A stretch of DNA of 64,000 nucleotides from Eledone cirrhosa. Taxonomy: Eukaryota. Location: contig OZ024749.1 of assembly GCA_964016885.1 (NCBI GenBank), positions 29,636,001-29,700,000 on the forward strand, written 5' to 3'. A model generated the notes under the pieces. That model saw nothing but the letters and a program-made list of their open reading frames with translations, did no database searches and was not told the DNA's origin. Of this stretch, positions 13,458-28,917 are shown in pieces. A program made the translations under genes and the position numbers. Numbering within the stretch: the stretch's first letter is position 1; every line of letters starts with the position of its first letter.

Positions 13458-13953
13458 CGCTGTAAATATGCCTACGGCAGCATTAATATTATAAACAAAC
13501 TAAAGGGTAGCGGTTTGACAGTAGAATCGGTAGAGTGTCGACACCATGCTTTTCAGCATAGAGTTACGTCTCTTTACGTTCTGAGTTCAAATCCTGCCAG
13601 GCTAGCTTTGCTGTTAATCTTTCCCTACCCTCGTATATTAACAACTATTTTCAGGCAGAATCAGTTACATTTGATAAGGGTGGCCGTTGGAATTACTGGT
13701 ATAATTCATCAGACATAGTGTCCATACTACTGACCCAATCTCACCGACAAGGCTTGGGTCAGTCTATGGCTGTGATAATGTTACTTGAACAAGATGACAC
13801 TTTGTGAGGTCGAACCAGTGACCATAGGATTGCCGAGCAAACATTTCAGCACCTCTGTCTTGTCTGCTTCTCATACGTATACTTTTCTCATATGTGCGTC
13901 TTTACACCCCCCACACACCCACACCCACACCCACACCTAGATACACATATACA

Positions 13954-14550
<597 letters not shown>

Positions 14551-15006
14551 TTTAACAATAGTTAATGTAGTTTCCTTGATAAGCACGAGAATATTAGTTG
14601 CGAACGAGATTCTGAAGATTAGAAAAGTTTCCTCGTTTTCGCCAACACAATCGTATTAATGGAGAGAAATTAGGTTATTGTTGTTCTGTATAAGATTGGT
14701 TTAGGACAATGGTAGCAGTTCAAAGTAATATCGATTATTTGTCGATTTTGACTGGTGGAATGATACAAGCGTTTTACGATGGAGGGGTCTTTATTCAGTT
14801 ACGTTGATAGTGTAAAGGGATATTGATTAGTTTTTGATTGTGATTGGTGGAATAATTAACATTTTCGTTGAAGAATGTATTTAGAAAATAGGAATACAAT
14901 TTAGAAAATTGACAAAACGAAAGTGGAAAAATAAAGAAAGTTTAAAGGCGAAGGTGAGGGTAAAGAGGAAAGGAACTCTCCACCCGTGATGGTGGATACA
15001 TTGCCG

Positions 15007-18000
15007 GGGAGAACAGCCAGCGATTCCCACAACATTAACCATTTTCACCTCTTAAGGAACACTTTACGTCATAGGTTGGGGGCAGTATATTTGGACTGCA
15101 TCTTTCGAACATGAAGGCAAACACATTGAAGCGGAGAACAGCCAGCGATTCCCACAACATCAACCATTTTCACCTCTTAAGGAACACTTTCCGTCATAGG
15201 TTGGGGCAGTATATCTGGACTGCATCTTTCGAACATGAAGGCAAACACATTGAAGCAGAGAACAGCCAGCGATTCCCACAACATCAACCATTTTCACCTC
15301 TTAAGGAACACTTTACGTCATAGATTGGGGCAGTATATCTGGACTGCATCTTTCGAACATGAAGGCAAACACATTGAAGCGGAGAACAGCCAGCGATTCC
15401 CACAACATTAACCATTTTCACCTCTTAAGGAACACTTTACGTCATAGATTGGGGCAGTATATCTGGACTGCATCTTTCGAACATGAAGGCAAACACATTG
15501 AAGCGGAGAACAGCCAGCGATTCCCACAACATTAACCATTTTCACCTCTTAAGCAACACTTTACGTCATAGATTGGGGCAGTATATCTGGACTGCATCTT
15601 TCGAACATGAAGGCAAACACATTGAAGCGGAGAACAGTCAGCGATTCCCACAACATTAACCATTTTCACCTCTTAAGGAACACTTTACGTCATAGATTGG
15701 GGCAGTATATCTGGACTGCATCTTTCGAACATGAAGGCAAACACATTGAAGCGGAGAACAGCCAGCGATTCCCACAACATTAACCATTTTCACCTCTTAA
15801 GGAACACTTTACGTCATAGGTTGGGGCAGTATATCTGGACTGCATCTTTCGAACATGAAGGCAAACACATTGAAGCAGAGAACAGCCAGCGATTCCCACA
15901 ACATCAACCATTTTCACCTCTTAAGGAACACTTTCCGTCATAGGTTGGGGCAGTATATCTGGACTGCATCTTTCGAACATGAAGGCAAACACATTGAAGC
16001 GGAGAACAGCCAGCGATTCCCACAACATTAACCATTTTCACCTCTTAAGGAACACTTTACGTCATAGATTGGGGCAGTATATCTGGACTGCATCTTTCGA
16101 ACATGAAGGCAAACACATTGAAGCGGAGAACAGCCAGCGATTCCCACAACATTAACCATTTTCACCTCTTAAGGAACACTTTACGTCATAGATTGGGGCA
16201 GTATATCTGGACTGCATCTTTCGAACATGAAGGCAAACACATTGAAGCGGAGAACAGTCAGCGATTCCCACAACATTAAACATTTTCACCTCTTAAGGAA
16301 CACTTTACGTCATAGGATGGGGCAGTATATCTGGACTGCATCTTTCGAACATGAAGGCAAACACATTGAAGCGGAGAACAGCCAACGATTCCCACAACAT
16401 TAACCATTTTCACCTCTTAAGGAACACTTTACGTCATAGATTGGGGCAGTATATCTGGACTGCATCTTTCGAACATGAAGGCAAACACATTGAAGCGGAG
16501 AACAGTCAGCGATTCCCACAACATTAACCATTTTCACCTCTTAAGGAACACTTTACGTCATAGGATGGGGCAGTATATCTGGACTGCATCTTTCGAACAT
16601 GAAGGCAAACACATTGAAGCGGAGAACAGCCAGCGATTCCCACAACATTAACCATTTTCACCTCTTAAGGAACACTTTACGTCATAGGTTGGGGGGAGTA
16701 TTTCTGGACTGCATCTTTCGAACATGAAGGCAAACACATTGAAGCGGAGAACAGCCAGCGATTCCCACTACATCGACCTCTTTCACCTCTTAAGGAACAC
16801 TTTCCGTCATAGGTTGGGGCAGTATATCCGGACTGCATCTTTCGAACATGAAGGCAAACACATTGAAGCGTAGAACAGCCAACGATTCCCACTACATCGA
16901 CCTCTTTCACCTCTTAAGGAACACTTTCCGTCATAGGTTGGGGCAGTATATCTGGACTGCATCTTTCGAACATGAAGGCAAACACATTGAAGCGGAGAAC
17001 AGTCAGCGATTCCCACAATATTAACCATTTTCACCTCTTAAGGAACACTTTACGTCATAGGTTGGGGCAGTATATCTGGACTGCATCTTTCGAACATGAA
17101 GGCAAACACATTGAAGCGGAGAACAGTCAGCGATTCCCACAACATTAACCATTTTCACCTCTTAAGGAACACTTTACGTCATAGGTTGGGGGCAGAATAT
17201 CTGGACTGCATCTTTCGAACATGAAGGCAAACACATTGAAGCGGAGAACAGCCAGCGATTCCCACAACATTAACCATTTTCACCTCTTAAGGAACACTTT
17301 CGGTCATAGGTTGGGGCAGTATATCTGGACTGCATCTTTCGAACATGAAGGCAAACACATTGAAGCGGAGAACAGTCAGCGATTCCCACTACATTAACCA
17401 TTTTCACCTCTTAAGGAACACTTTACGTCATAGGTTGGGGGCAGAATATCTGGACTGCATCTTTCGAACATGAAGGCAAACACATTGAAGCGGAGAACAG
17501 CCAGCGATTCCCACAACATTAACCATTTTCACCTCTTAAGGAACACTTTCGGTCATAGGTTGGAGCAGTATATCTGGACTGCATCTTTCGAACATGAAGG
17601 CAAACACATTGAAGCGGAGAACAGTCAGCGATTCCCACTACATTAACCATTTTCACCTCTTAAGGAACACTTTACGTCATAGGTTGGGGCTGTATATCTG
17701 GACTGCATCTTTCGAACATGAAGGCAAACACATTGAAGCGGAGAACAGCCAGAGATTCCAACTACATTAACCATTCTCACCTCTTAAGGAACACTTTCCG
17801 TCATAGGTTGGGGCAGTATTTCTGCACTGCATCTTTCGAACATGAAGGCAAACACATTGAAGCGGAGAACAGCCAGCGATTCCCACAACATTAACCATTT
17901 TCACCTCTTAAGGAACACTTTCCGTCATAGGTTGGGGGCAGTATTTCTGGACTGCATCTTTCGAACATGAAGGCAAACACATTGAAGCGATGAACAGTCA

Positions 18001-21000
18001 GCGATTCCCACAACATTAACCATTTTCACCTCTTAAGGAACACTTTACGTCATAGATTGGGGCAGTATATCTGGACTGCATCTTTCGAACATGAAGGCAA
18101 ACACATTGAAGCGGAGAACAGTCAGCGATTCCCACAACATTAAACATTTTCACCTCTTAAGGAACACTTTACGTCATAGGATGGGGCAGTATATCTGGAC
18201 TGCATCTTTCGAACATGAAGGCAGACACATTGAAGCGGAGAACAGCCAACGATTCCCACAACATTAACCATTTTCACCTCTTAAGGAACACTTTACGTCA
18301 TAGATTGGGGCAGTATATCTGGACTGCATCTTTCGAACATGAAGGCAAACACATTGAAGCGGAGAACAGCCAGCGATTCCCACAACATTAACCATTTTCA
18401 CCTCTTAAGGAACACTTTACGTCATAGGTTGGGGGGAGTATTTCTGGACTGCATCTTTCGAACATGAAGGCAAACACATTGAAGCGGAGAACAGCCAGAG
18501 ATTCCAACTACATTAACCATTCTCACCTCTTAAGGAACACTTTCCGTCATAGGTTGGGGCAGTATTTCTGCACTGCATCTTTCGAACATGAAGGCAAACA
18601 CATTGAAGCGGAGAACAGCCAGCGATTCCCACAACATTAACCATTTTCACCTCTTAAGGAACACTTTCCGTCATAGGTTGGGGGCAGTATTTCTGGACTG
18701 CATCTTTCGAACATGAAGGCAAACACATTGAAGCGATGAACAGTCAGCGATTCCCACAACATTAACCATTTTCACCTCTTAAGGAACACTTTACGTCATA
18801 GATTGGGGCAGTATATCTGGACTGCATCTTTCGAACATGAAGGCAAACACATTGAAGCGGAGAACAGTCAGCGATTCCCACAACATTAAACATTTTCACC
18901 TCTTAAGGAACACTTTACGTCATAGGATGGGGCAGTATATCTGGACTGCATCTTTCGAACATGAAGGCAGACACATTGAAGCGGAGAACAGCCAACGATT
19001 CCCACAACATTAACCATTTTCACCTCTTAAGGAACACTTTACGTCATAGATTGGGGCAGTATATCTGGACTGCATCTTTCGAACATGAAGGCAAACACAT
19101 TGAAGCGGAGAACAGCCAGCGATTCCCACAACATTAACCATTTTCACCTCTTAAGGAACACTTTACGTCATAGGTTGGGGGGAGTATTTCTGGACTGCAT
19201 CTTTCGAACATGAAGGCAAACACATTGAAGCGGAGAACAGCCAGCGATTCCCACTACATCGACCTCTTTCACCTCTTAAGGAACACTTTCCGTCATAGGT
19301 TGGGGCAGTATATCCGGACTGCATCTTTCGAACATGAAGGCAAACACATTGAAGCGTAGAACAGCCAACGATTCCCACTACATCGACCTCTTTCACCTCT
19401 TAAGGAACACTTTCCGTCATAGGTTGGGGCAGTATATCTGGACTGCATCTTTCGAACATGAAGGCAAACACATTGAAGCGGAGAACAGTCAGCGATTCCC
19501 ACAATATTAACCATTTTCACCTCTTAAGGAACACTTTACGTCATAGGTTGGGGCAGTATATCTGGACTGCATCTTTCGAACATGAAGGCAAACACATTGA
19601 AGCGGAGAACAGTCAGCGATTCCCACAACATTAACCATTTTCACCTCTTAAGGAACACTTTACGTCATAGGTTGGGGGCAGAATATCTGGACTGCATCTT
19701 TCGAACATGAAGGCAAACACATTGAAGCGGAGAACAGCCAGCGATTCCCACAACATTAACCATTTTCACCTCTTAAGGAACACTTTCGGTCATAGGTTGG
19801 GGCAGTATATCTGGACTGCATCTTTCGAACATGAAGGCAAACACATTGAAGCGGAGAACAGTCAGCGATTCCCACTACATTAACCATTTTCACCTCTTAA
19901 GGAACACTTTACGTCATAGGTTGGGGGCAGAATATCTGGACTGCATCTTTCGAACATGAAGGCAAACACATTGAAGCGGAGAACAGCCAGCGATTCCCAC
20001 AACATTAACCATTTTCACCTCTTAAGGAACACTTTCGGTCATAGGTTGGAGCAGTATATCTGGACTGCATCTTTCGAACATGAAGGCAAACACATTGAAG
20101 CGGAGAACAGTCAGCGATTCCCACTACATTAACCATTTTCACCTCTTAAGGAACACTTTACGTCATAGGTTGGGGCTGTATATCTGGACTGCATCTTTCG
20201 AACATGAAGGCAAACACATTGAAGCGGAGAACAGCCAGAGATTCCAACTACATTAACCATTCTCACCTCTTAAGGAACACTTTCCGTCATAGGTTGGGGC
20301 AGTATTTCTGCACTGCATCTTTCGAACATGAAGGCAAACACATTGAAGCGGAGAACAGCCAGCGATTCCCACAACATTAACCATTTTCACCTCTTAAGGA
20401 ACACTTTCCGTCATAGGTTGGGGGCAGTATTTCTGGACTGCATCTTTCGAACATGAAGGCAAACACATTGAAGCGATGAACAGTCAGCGATTCCCACAAC
20501 ATTAACCATTTTCACCTCTTAAGGAACACTTTACGTCATAGGTTGGGGGCAGTATTTCTGGACTGCATCTTTCGAACATGAAGGCAAACACATTGAAGCG
20601 ATGAACAGTCAGCGATTCCCACAACATTAACCATTTTCACCTCTTAAGGAACACTTTCCGTCATAGGTTGGGGGCAGTATATCTGGACTGCATCTTTCGA
20701 ACATGAAGGCAAACACATTGAAGCGGAGAACAGTCAGCGATTCTCACAACATTAACCATTTTCACCTCTTAAGGAACACTTTACGTCATAGGTTGGGGCA
20801 GTATATCTGGACTGCATGTTTCGAACATGAAGCAAACACATTGAAGCGGAGAACAGTCAGCGATTCCCACAACATTAACCATTTTCACCTCTTAAGGAAC
20901 ACTTTCCGTCATAGGTTGGGGCAGTATATCTGGACTGCATCTTTCGAACATGAAGCAAACACTTTGAAGCGGAGAACAGCCAGCGATTCCCACAACATTA

Positions 21001-21920
21001 ACCATTTTCACCTCTTAAGGAACACTTTCCGTCATAGGTTGGGGCAGTATATCCGGACTGCATCTTTCGAACATGAAGGCAAACACATTGAAGCGGAGAA
21101 CAGTCAGCGATTCCCACAACATTAACCATTTTCACCTCTTAAGGAACACTTTCCGTCATAGGTTGGGGCAGTATATCTGGACTGCATCTTTCGAACATGA
21201 AGGAAACACTTTGAAGCGGAGAACAGCCAGCGATTGCCACAACATCAACCATTTTCACCTAAGGAACACTTTCCGTCATAGGTTGGGGCAGTATATCTGG
21301 ACTGCATCTTTCGAACATGAAGGCAAACACTTTGAAGCGGAGAACAGCCAGCGATTCCCACAACATTAACCATTTTCACCTCTTAAGGAACACTTTACGT
21401 CATAGGTTGGGGCAGTATATCTGGACTGCATCTTTCGAACATGAAGGCAAACACATTGAAGCGGAGAACAGCCAGCGATTCCCACTACATCGACCTCTTT
21501 CACCTCTAGATCCGCAGCTAGGACAGTATATCTTAACTGTTCCTTCTACAGCTTCTGTACATGATAGCGAACACAATACCGCGGAGAACAACCAGCGAAA
21601 CCCACTGCATCAACCATTTTCACCTCTCGGAGAAAATTCTAGACCCATAGCTAGGACAGTATATCTGAACTGTACCTTCTACACCTTCTGCGCATGATGG
21701 CGAACATATTGAAGCGGAGAATAGCCAGCAAGACCCACTACATCAACACCTCTTTCACCTCTCGGGGAAAACTCTAGACCCATGGATAGGACAGTATATT
21801 TGGATTTCATCTTTAGGACATGCTGGTGAATACATTACAGCGGAGAACAGCCAGCGAGACCTACTATATCAACCACTTTCACCTTTCGGGGAAAACTCTA
21901 CATCATTGACTGGACTGTAT
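15007..21920. repeat. 124-bp satellite array (~52 homogeneous monomers plus ~3 diverged terminal monomers)
   Basis: Unit GAAGCGGAGAACAGCCAGCGATTCCC...GAACATGAAGGCAAACACATT, period 124-125. Confidence 0.97.
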
Positions 21921-22249
21921 TATATCTCAGCTGTTGCACCAGGTGGACAAGATGGCAGAAGGTTATTGTCGTGGCATCAATCATCCAACCATGCACGCAC
22001 CCCATTGTTGCGTTGTTGCCTCTCCTCTTGACTTGGTGAAGGGAAATGGTAGTTTGGTGGAGTGGGGTTGGGGTTCGGGGGGTTTGACAAGGACACCAGA
22101 GGTCTTGATAGTGACCCCTCCCCCACGCAAAAGAAACAGTCAGTCAATGCCTGCTATTTAATCATATTATAGGCGGGGGATTGGCAGAATCGGTAGAGCA
22201 TCGGACAACATGCTTCCAGAGAAGGATAAAGAGTGAGTGAGAGAAAGAG

Positions 22250-22353
22250 ATATAGAGCAAGAATTAACACCAGTACTTGACTGGTACTTCTTGTTATCGA
22301 CTTCGAATGGACGAAAGGTAAAGTTGACCTCGGCAGGATTTAGACCGAAGATG

Positions 22354-22438
<85 letters not shown>

Positions 22439-22605
22439 GAGAGAGAGAGAAAGTGAGAGAGTGAGAGGAAGTGAGAAAGAGATATAGAGGAAGAATTGAC
22501 CCCAATACTAGACTGGTACTTTTTTTATCGACCTCGAATGGATAAAAGGCAATGTTGATCTTGGTGGGATTTGAACTCAGAGTATAGAGAGTCGTAACCA
22601 AATAT
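22250..22605 (-). mobile_element. Two SINE family-1 fragments split by (TG)n/(AG)n
   Basis: Reverse-complement core GGTACTT..TTATCGAC..CGAATGGA..AAAGG and B box. Confidence 0.65.
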
Positions 22606-23111
22606 CAGATTATATTATACTGTAAATTACACCGAAAATAATATAAAAGGTGCGAATAATTTGTGAGAAAATTCCTGAACTTTGAGCCATTGTTTGATAT
22701 GAAAGCTTAATATTTCTTATTAGCCATTTACATTTAACTCTCTTGTTTCGATATTTTAACCCTTTACGACCTAGAATTTATACAACATCAACTACACCTA
22801 CACTACACAACAACAACAACAGCAACAACAACATTACAGGGTAGAATTTATACACCAACAACAGCAACAACAACATTACAGGGTAGAATTTATACAACAA
22901 TAGCTACAACAACAATACACCGTTAGGTATATACAACAACAACTGCAACAACAACAACAACGACAACGACAACAACAACAACAACTGGAACTGTAATAAC
23001 TACAATATAACAATGTAGAATTTATACTACAACAACAACAACAACAACTGCAACAACAACAACAACGTTACAATGTAGAATTTATACAACAACAACAACA
23101 ACAACAACAAC

Positions 23112-23259
<148 letters not shown>

Positions 23260-23395
23260 GTAGAGAGCAGGTAATATTACAACAACGATTTACAGATTTC
23301 TCACCAGTAAATATCCCCACGTGATTTATCTCAGAATTTATTATTGCAGAAGTTGTCATTTTTTGTAGCAGTAATGCGCGTGTGTGTGTGTGTGT

Positions 23396-23453
<58 letters not shown>

Positions 23454-23476
23454 TGTGGTGTGGTGTGTGTGTGTGT

Positions 23477-23522
<46 letters not shown>

Positions 23523-23724
23523 GGTGTGTGTGTGTGTGTGTGGTGTATGTGTGTATGTATGTGTGTGTATGTGTGGTGTGTGTGTGTGTGTGTGTCTGTT
23601 TCTCTGTATCTGTGTCTGTATATATATGTGTGTCTGTGTGTGTCTGCGTCTGTGCGTGTGTGTCTGTGTCTATGATTCTGTGTGTCTGTGTATGTATGTG
23701 GGCGTGTGTTTGTTTATGTGTGTC

Positions 23725-24555
23725 TGTGTGTCTGCGTCTGTATATATGTATGTCTGCGTCTGTATATATGTATGCCTGCGTCTGTATATATGTGTGCCTG
23801 CGTCTGTATATATGTGTGCCTGCGTCTGTATATATGTGTGTCTGCGTCTGTATATATGTATGCCTGCGTCTGTATATATGTATGCCTGCGTCTGTATATA
23901 TGTATGCCTGCGTCTGTATATATGTATGCCTGCGTCTGTATATATGTATGTCTGCGTCTGTATATATGTATGTCTGCGTCTGTATATATGTGTGTCTGCG
24001 TCTGTATATATGTATGCCTGCGTCTGTATATATGTGTGTCTGCGTCTGTATATATGTATGTCTGCGTCTGTATATATGTATGTCTGCGTCTGTATATATG
24101 TGTGTCTGCGTCTGTATATATGTGTGTCTGCGTCTGTATATATGTATGTCTGCGTCTGTATATATGTATGTCTGCATCTGTATATATGTGTGTCTGCGTC
24201 TGTATATATGTGTGTCTGCGTCTGTATATATGTGTGCCTGCGTCTGTATATATGTGTGTCTGCGTCTGTATATATGTGTGTCTGCTTCTGTATATATGTA
24301 TGCCTGCGTCTGTATATATGTATGTCTGCGTCTGTATATATGTATGCCTGCGTCTGTATATATGTGTGCCTGCGTCTGTATATATGTATGCCTGCGTCTG
24401 TATATATGTGTGTCTGCGTCTGTATATATGTATGCCTGCGTCTGTATATATGTATGTCTGCGTCTGTATATATGTATGTCTGCGTCTGTATATATGTATG
24501 CCTGCGTCTGTATATATGTGTGTCTGCGTCTGTATATATGTGTGTCTGCGTCTGT
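23725..24555. repeat. 22-bp minisatellite (~38 copies)
   Basis: TGCGTCTGTATATATGT(A/G)TG(C/T)C. Confidence 0.95.
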
Positions 24556-25705
24556 CCGTGTGTGTGTCTCTCTGCATGCGCGTGTTTTGTTTTATTTTGC
24601 AGAATCATACGCAAATTTTGTCTAAATTTTGTTTGATAGTCCAAAATATATGTATTGATTCTGTAAACATGATAAAGAAGCGTGTTAAATACACAAACAA
24701 AACGAGATATAAATCTGATAGGTTTGTATATTTGTATTTAGAAAATATATTAAAAATGCATGTATAATAAATTATATCTAAACAACGAACAGCGGAGGAC
24801 AGGTTTCGCACTTTTCCGACAGACAAGCCCCCCCCCCCCCATGAAAAAAAACCCAGTTGATGGATGTGAATCCGAAATATATAGGGACAATTAAATTTCT
24901 CCCAAGGTAACTCTATCTCGTGTTTTTATTTTTATTTTATCCTTTACGCTCTTTCTTACATTCTTCTACACGCTACAGTCTTCTACACGCTACGCATCTC
25001 AACGTACACCCACTTACATCTCTCTCTCCACCACCGGATCTTGTTACCCGGAGGTTTACTCATCTGCATTGTCGAGGCTTCCAAACGACTTAAAGAAATT
25101 TACCTTATTATTCCACAATGCTTCAAGCAAACTTCAATACTCTCTTATAATTATATCTAAGTATCTCTGTTGTCTGGCACGTATCAAAATGTTAAAATTA
25201 TTATTTTATGTATGGTTGAAGGCCGTTGATGGACAGAAACGTTGAATTAATAGAGAAATGGTTGGAAGTATTGGTTTCGACTCACTACGTCCTGAGTTCA
25301 AATCCCACCGAGGGCAACTTTGCCTTTCATCCTTTCGAGGTCGATAAAAGTTTCAGTCTAGTACTGAGGTAGATTCTTCCTCCTCGGTATCTCTTTCGCT
25401 AACTTTCTCTATCTTTCTCTGTAAGAAGTCTGTTGTAGTCAGACCTGGAGACGAGATGGGCTCGATCAGGCTTACAATGACCAACAAACACGTATGCCAC
25501 TATGGAGTAATGATGTTCTAAGTATGTATGTTGTCTTGCATGTATCAAAATGGCAAATCTATTATTTTAAAGTTTTAAATTTTTGCCCATTTCTCAGACA
25601 AATTAGTCGGGTTCCATATTTCGACAATTTTCACCAACTTCAAATTCTATGTAAACAAAGTTTGAATTTTTCTCCCATTTCTTAGACATAAAAGAGTGGG
25701 GCCGG

Positions 25706-25763
<58 letters not shown>

Positions 25764-25979
25764 TAAACGGAATAGAAAACGCTGACAAATTGTTCACAGT
25801 TGAAAAATGGTTTAATTAGGAATAAAAGAGTATTAGTGATTGTATGGGTTAGTATTCAGTTGTGGTTTTAAGTTTTTAAGTTTTTACCGGTTGCGCATTT
25901 CTAAATGCTTTTCAAAAATAATTTTGAGATAGAGTGTCCGTGCTGTTTGCTCTGATCTGATTAGTTTTGGGAATTCTAC

Positions 25980-26197
25980 CTGTTTTTATGTTAAAAAAGT
26001 GGCTCCAATTTGCAAAAATTCTTGTGGTCAAAACAATTTTGATTGGTCGGTAGAGGTCATGTGAATGTAAAAAATTGATTTTGCGCCAAGACTGTTTTTA
26101 TGTTAAAAAAGTGGCTCCAGCAAAAATTCTTGTGGTCAAAACAATTTTGATTGGTCGGTAGAGGTCATGTGAATAAAAAATTGGTTTTGCGCCAAGA
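25980..26197. repeat. ~110-bp tandem duplication
   Basis: CTGTTTTTATGTTAAAAAAGTGGCTCCA...GCGCCAAGA x2. Confidence 0.9.
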
Positions 26198-26323
26198 TTG
26201 AGAAATGACTCTTTCACAACAAATATGTGTGTGTGTGTGTGTGTGTGTGTGTAGTAGTAGTAGTAAGGTGTTCGATGTTGTGATAATGGTTAGCAGCGAT
26301 GTGTGTCAAATGGCTATTAAGAT

Positions 26324-26378
<55 letters not shown>

Positions 26379-26549
26379 GCAGACTAATTCGTGGTGGCAG
26401 GGATGGTCAGTAAGAATGTGTCTGAAAGCAATGGGGGGTATTTTAGCATGTCAAAAGATATTTTTCAGCTTTTGTCTTATACGGAGAAGTGCGTGTGTGT
26501 GTGTGTGTGTATATATAAGTCTCTTTGTATGTTGATGTACGCGTGTGTA

Positions 26550-26626
<77 letters not shown>

Positions 26627-26786
26627 ACCAGTATTTTTTCCCCCCTGGTAAAATGGTGTACATTATTCGATTTTTTCAGTAAAATCGGTTCTCTTAATAG
26701 AACATCAAAGATCTTAACAATAAAAGGTGTGAAATGATATTCACTATATATATATACACATACATATATTCACTATATACATATAC

Positions 26787-26817
<31 letters not shown>

Positions 26818-26959
26818 TATACATACATATATGCACATATATTTTTTTGTGTTGCACCATAGAGCATGTGTGTTTACGTATGTCATTGTGTTTATATGTG
26901 GGTAGAGATGTGTGCTGATGTAGGTATGTATGTTGACGTGTGTATGTTGTGGGTTCGTC

Positions 26960-27362
26960 TTAGGGAGAAGTGTTTAGACGGGGTCCGTATTCGTTAATGA
27001 AGTAAGATTCCTTGCTGATGCGCTGGGTGTGGGTGGCATTATCTTTAAATTTGTAGAGGGGAAAGATTCTGAAGTTGGGATGATTTTGGGCGGCACAGGT
27101 ATCAATGTGTTCACTCAGTGGTATTTTCCTGTATTCCCGTATTTTGATTTGGGATCTATGGACAGTCATGCGTTGGCGGAGGCTGTTTTTGGTCTGGCCT
27201 ATGTATTGTTCTCGACAACCTGAACAAGTTAATACATATATTAGATTTTCCGATGCACATGTGAAATTGTGTTTTACTATAAAACGTTGTCCATCTTTGA
27301 AATAGAATTCCGGACCCTCTATTAGGTTGATGCAAATGCCACAGTTGGGTCTATCGCATTTT
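26960..27362 (-). pseudogene. PLE Cys linker and GIY-YIG endonuclease (frameshifted from RT)
   Basis: Manual translation KCDRPNCGIC...NLIYVLTCSGCREQYIGQTKNSLRQRMTVH...KESYFI...RLN; frameshift in the A-run at ~27359-27366. Confidence 0.9.
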
Positions 27363-28917
27363 TTTTACTGTGGGTTTCGTTGTTGTGGTTGGCAGTACTT
27401 TGGCATGTGTTAAGATGTTTTTCATTGACTTGGATTGTCTTTTGCTCTTTATGATATCGTGTGTTCGTAGAATTTGGTTCATTCTATGGTCCTTTTTCAA
27501 TACAGAGATGTTCTGGAGGATGGTGTCAAAGGCCTCATTGTTGAGGGGGTTGTGTGTGGAGATGTATGGAAGAGCTTTTAGTTTTGGTTGATTTACTTTA
27601 GGGTGTCTAAGGTCCTGGGTACTGAGTTTTAGGGCACGTTGGATTCCATTGTCAATTAGTGATGCAGGGTAGTCCCTGCCTATGAGTGTGTCCTTTAGTT
27701 CTTGTAGCCGTAAGTAGCAGATGTTTTTATTGGAGACTATAGTACAGATTCTCTTGGCTAAGTTGTAGGGAATATTAATTTTAACGTGTCTAGGGTGGCA
27801 AGAGTTGAAGGGGAGATATTGCTTGGAGTCTGTGGGCTTGTAGTATATGTCTGTTTCTATTTTTTTGTTATGGATCTTAATGAGGATGTCGAGGAAGGGG
27901 AGTTGTTGCTGGCTGTATTCCATCGTGAAGTTAATATTTGTGTTGAGCCCATTTATAAGGGTGTGAAATTCTTTAAGTTTTTCGATGTTTTCGTGCCAAA
28001 GGATGAAGCAGTCATCTAGATATCGCTTCCAGTTCCTTTCAATGTGTAAGTGGAGGGTGTTTCCTAATTTGTTTAGGACTTTAGTGTAGAGGGTGATTTC
28101 CAGGTATCCCATGACTAGGTTGGCATACGTAGGGGCTGTTTTCGTTCCCATAGCGGTCCCAGATTTCTGCCTGTAGGGTTTGTTATTGAAAACGAAGTAA
28201 TTGTTCTCCAAGATAAATTTGAGTCCCTCTATCACGAATTCTTTTTTGATGCGTTGTGGGAGTTCATTGTGGAAGTTATCCAGCCAGAATTGGATAGCTT
28301 CTATTCCTAGGTTGTGGGGGATGTTGGAGTATAGGTTGACTACATCGAACGTCACTAGTAGGGTTTGTTCAGAAAGTGGCATATTAGGGAGGTGATTGAG
28401 CATATCTAGGTCGTCCCTTATATAGCTTTTGATGTGCTTGAGGAAGGGTTTGAGAAGGGTATCAATGAAGTTGCTAAGACGGTGCGTTTCGCAAGCGGGG
28501 CCTGCTATTATAGGTCTTAATTTGAGATCATTGGGTGAGGGGACATTGATGACTATGTCTGTGGCTTCCTTGCATGCCTTACTTATTGATTCGCTTTTAT
28601 GTACTTTAGGGATACTGTAGAAAAGGATGGATTTACTTGTGAAGTCTGTGATGAAGCTGAATTCCTTGTTAGTGAGTCCTTCTTTGTATTGGTTGATTAG
28701 AGTTTTTAGGTTTCTCATAATTTTCTGTTGATTGTAGTGTTCAGCCTTTTCGTAGTATGTTTCGTTTTCCAAAGTGGAGAGCGCTAAGTTGATATAGAAT
28801 TCTGTCTCCATTAGGACTACTGTACTCTCTTTATCAGCCTCTTTAATTGTAATGGTTCTGTCGGTTTTTAATCTATTTAATTCTTCCCATTCTTTCTTGT
28901 TGAGGTTTGGCTTGTGA
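27351..28917 (-). pseudogene. PLE reverse transcriptase domain (5'-truncated)
   Basis: IPKVHK, LRPIIA, FDVVNLYSNIP, QKSGTAMGTKTAPTYANLVMG, WKRYLDDCF, LPFLDI, YYKPTD, SCHP motifs. Confidence 0.93.

Noticed and set aside
14612-14635. CTGAAGA-TTA-GAAA
   Set aside because: No room for stem II
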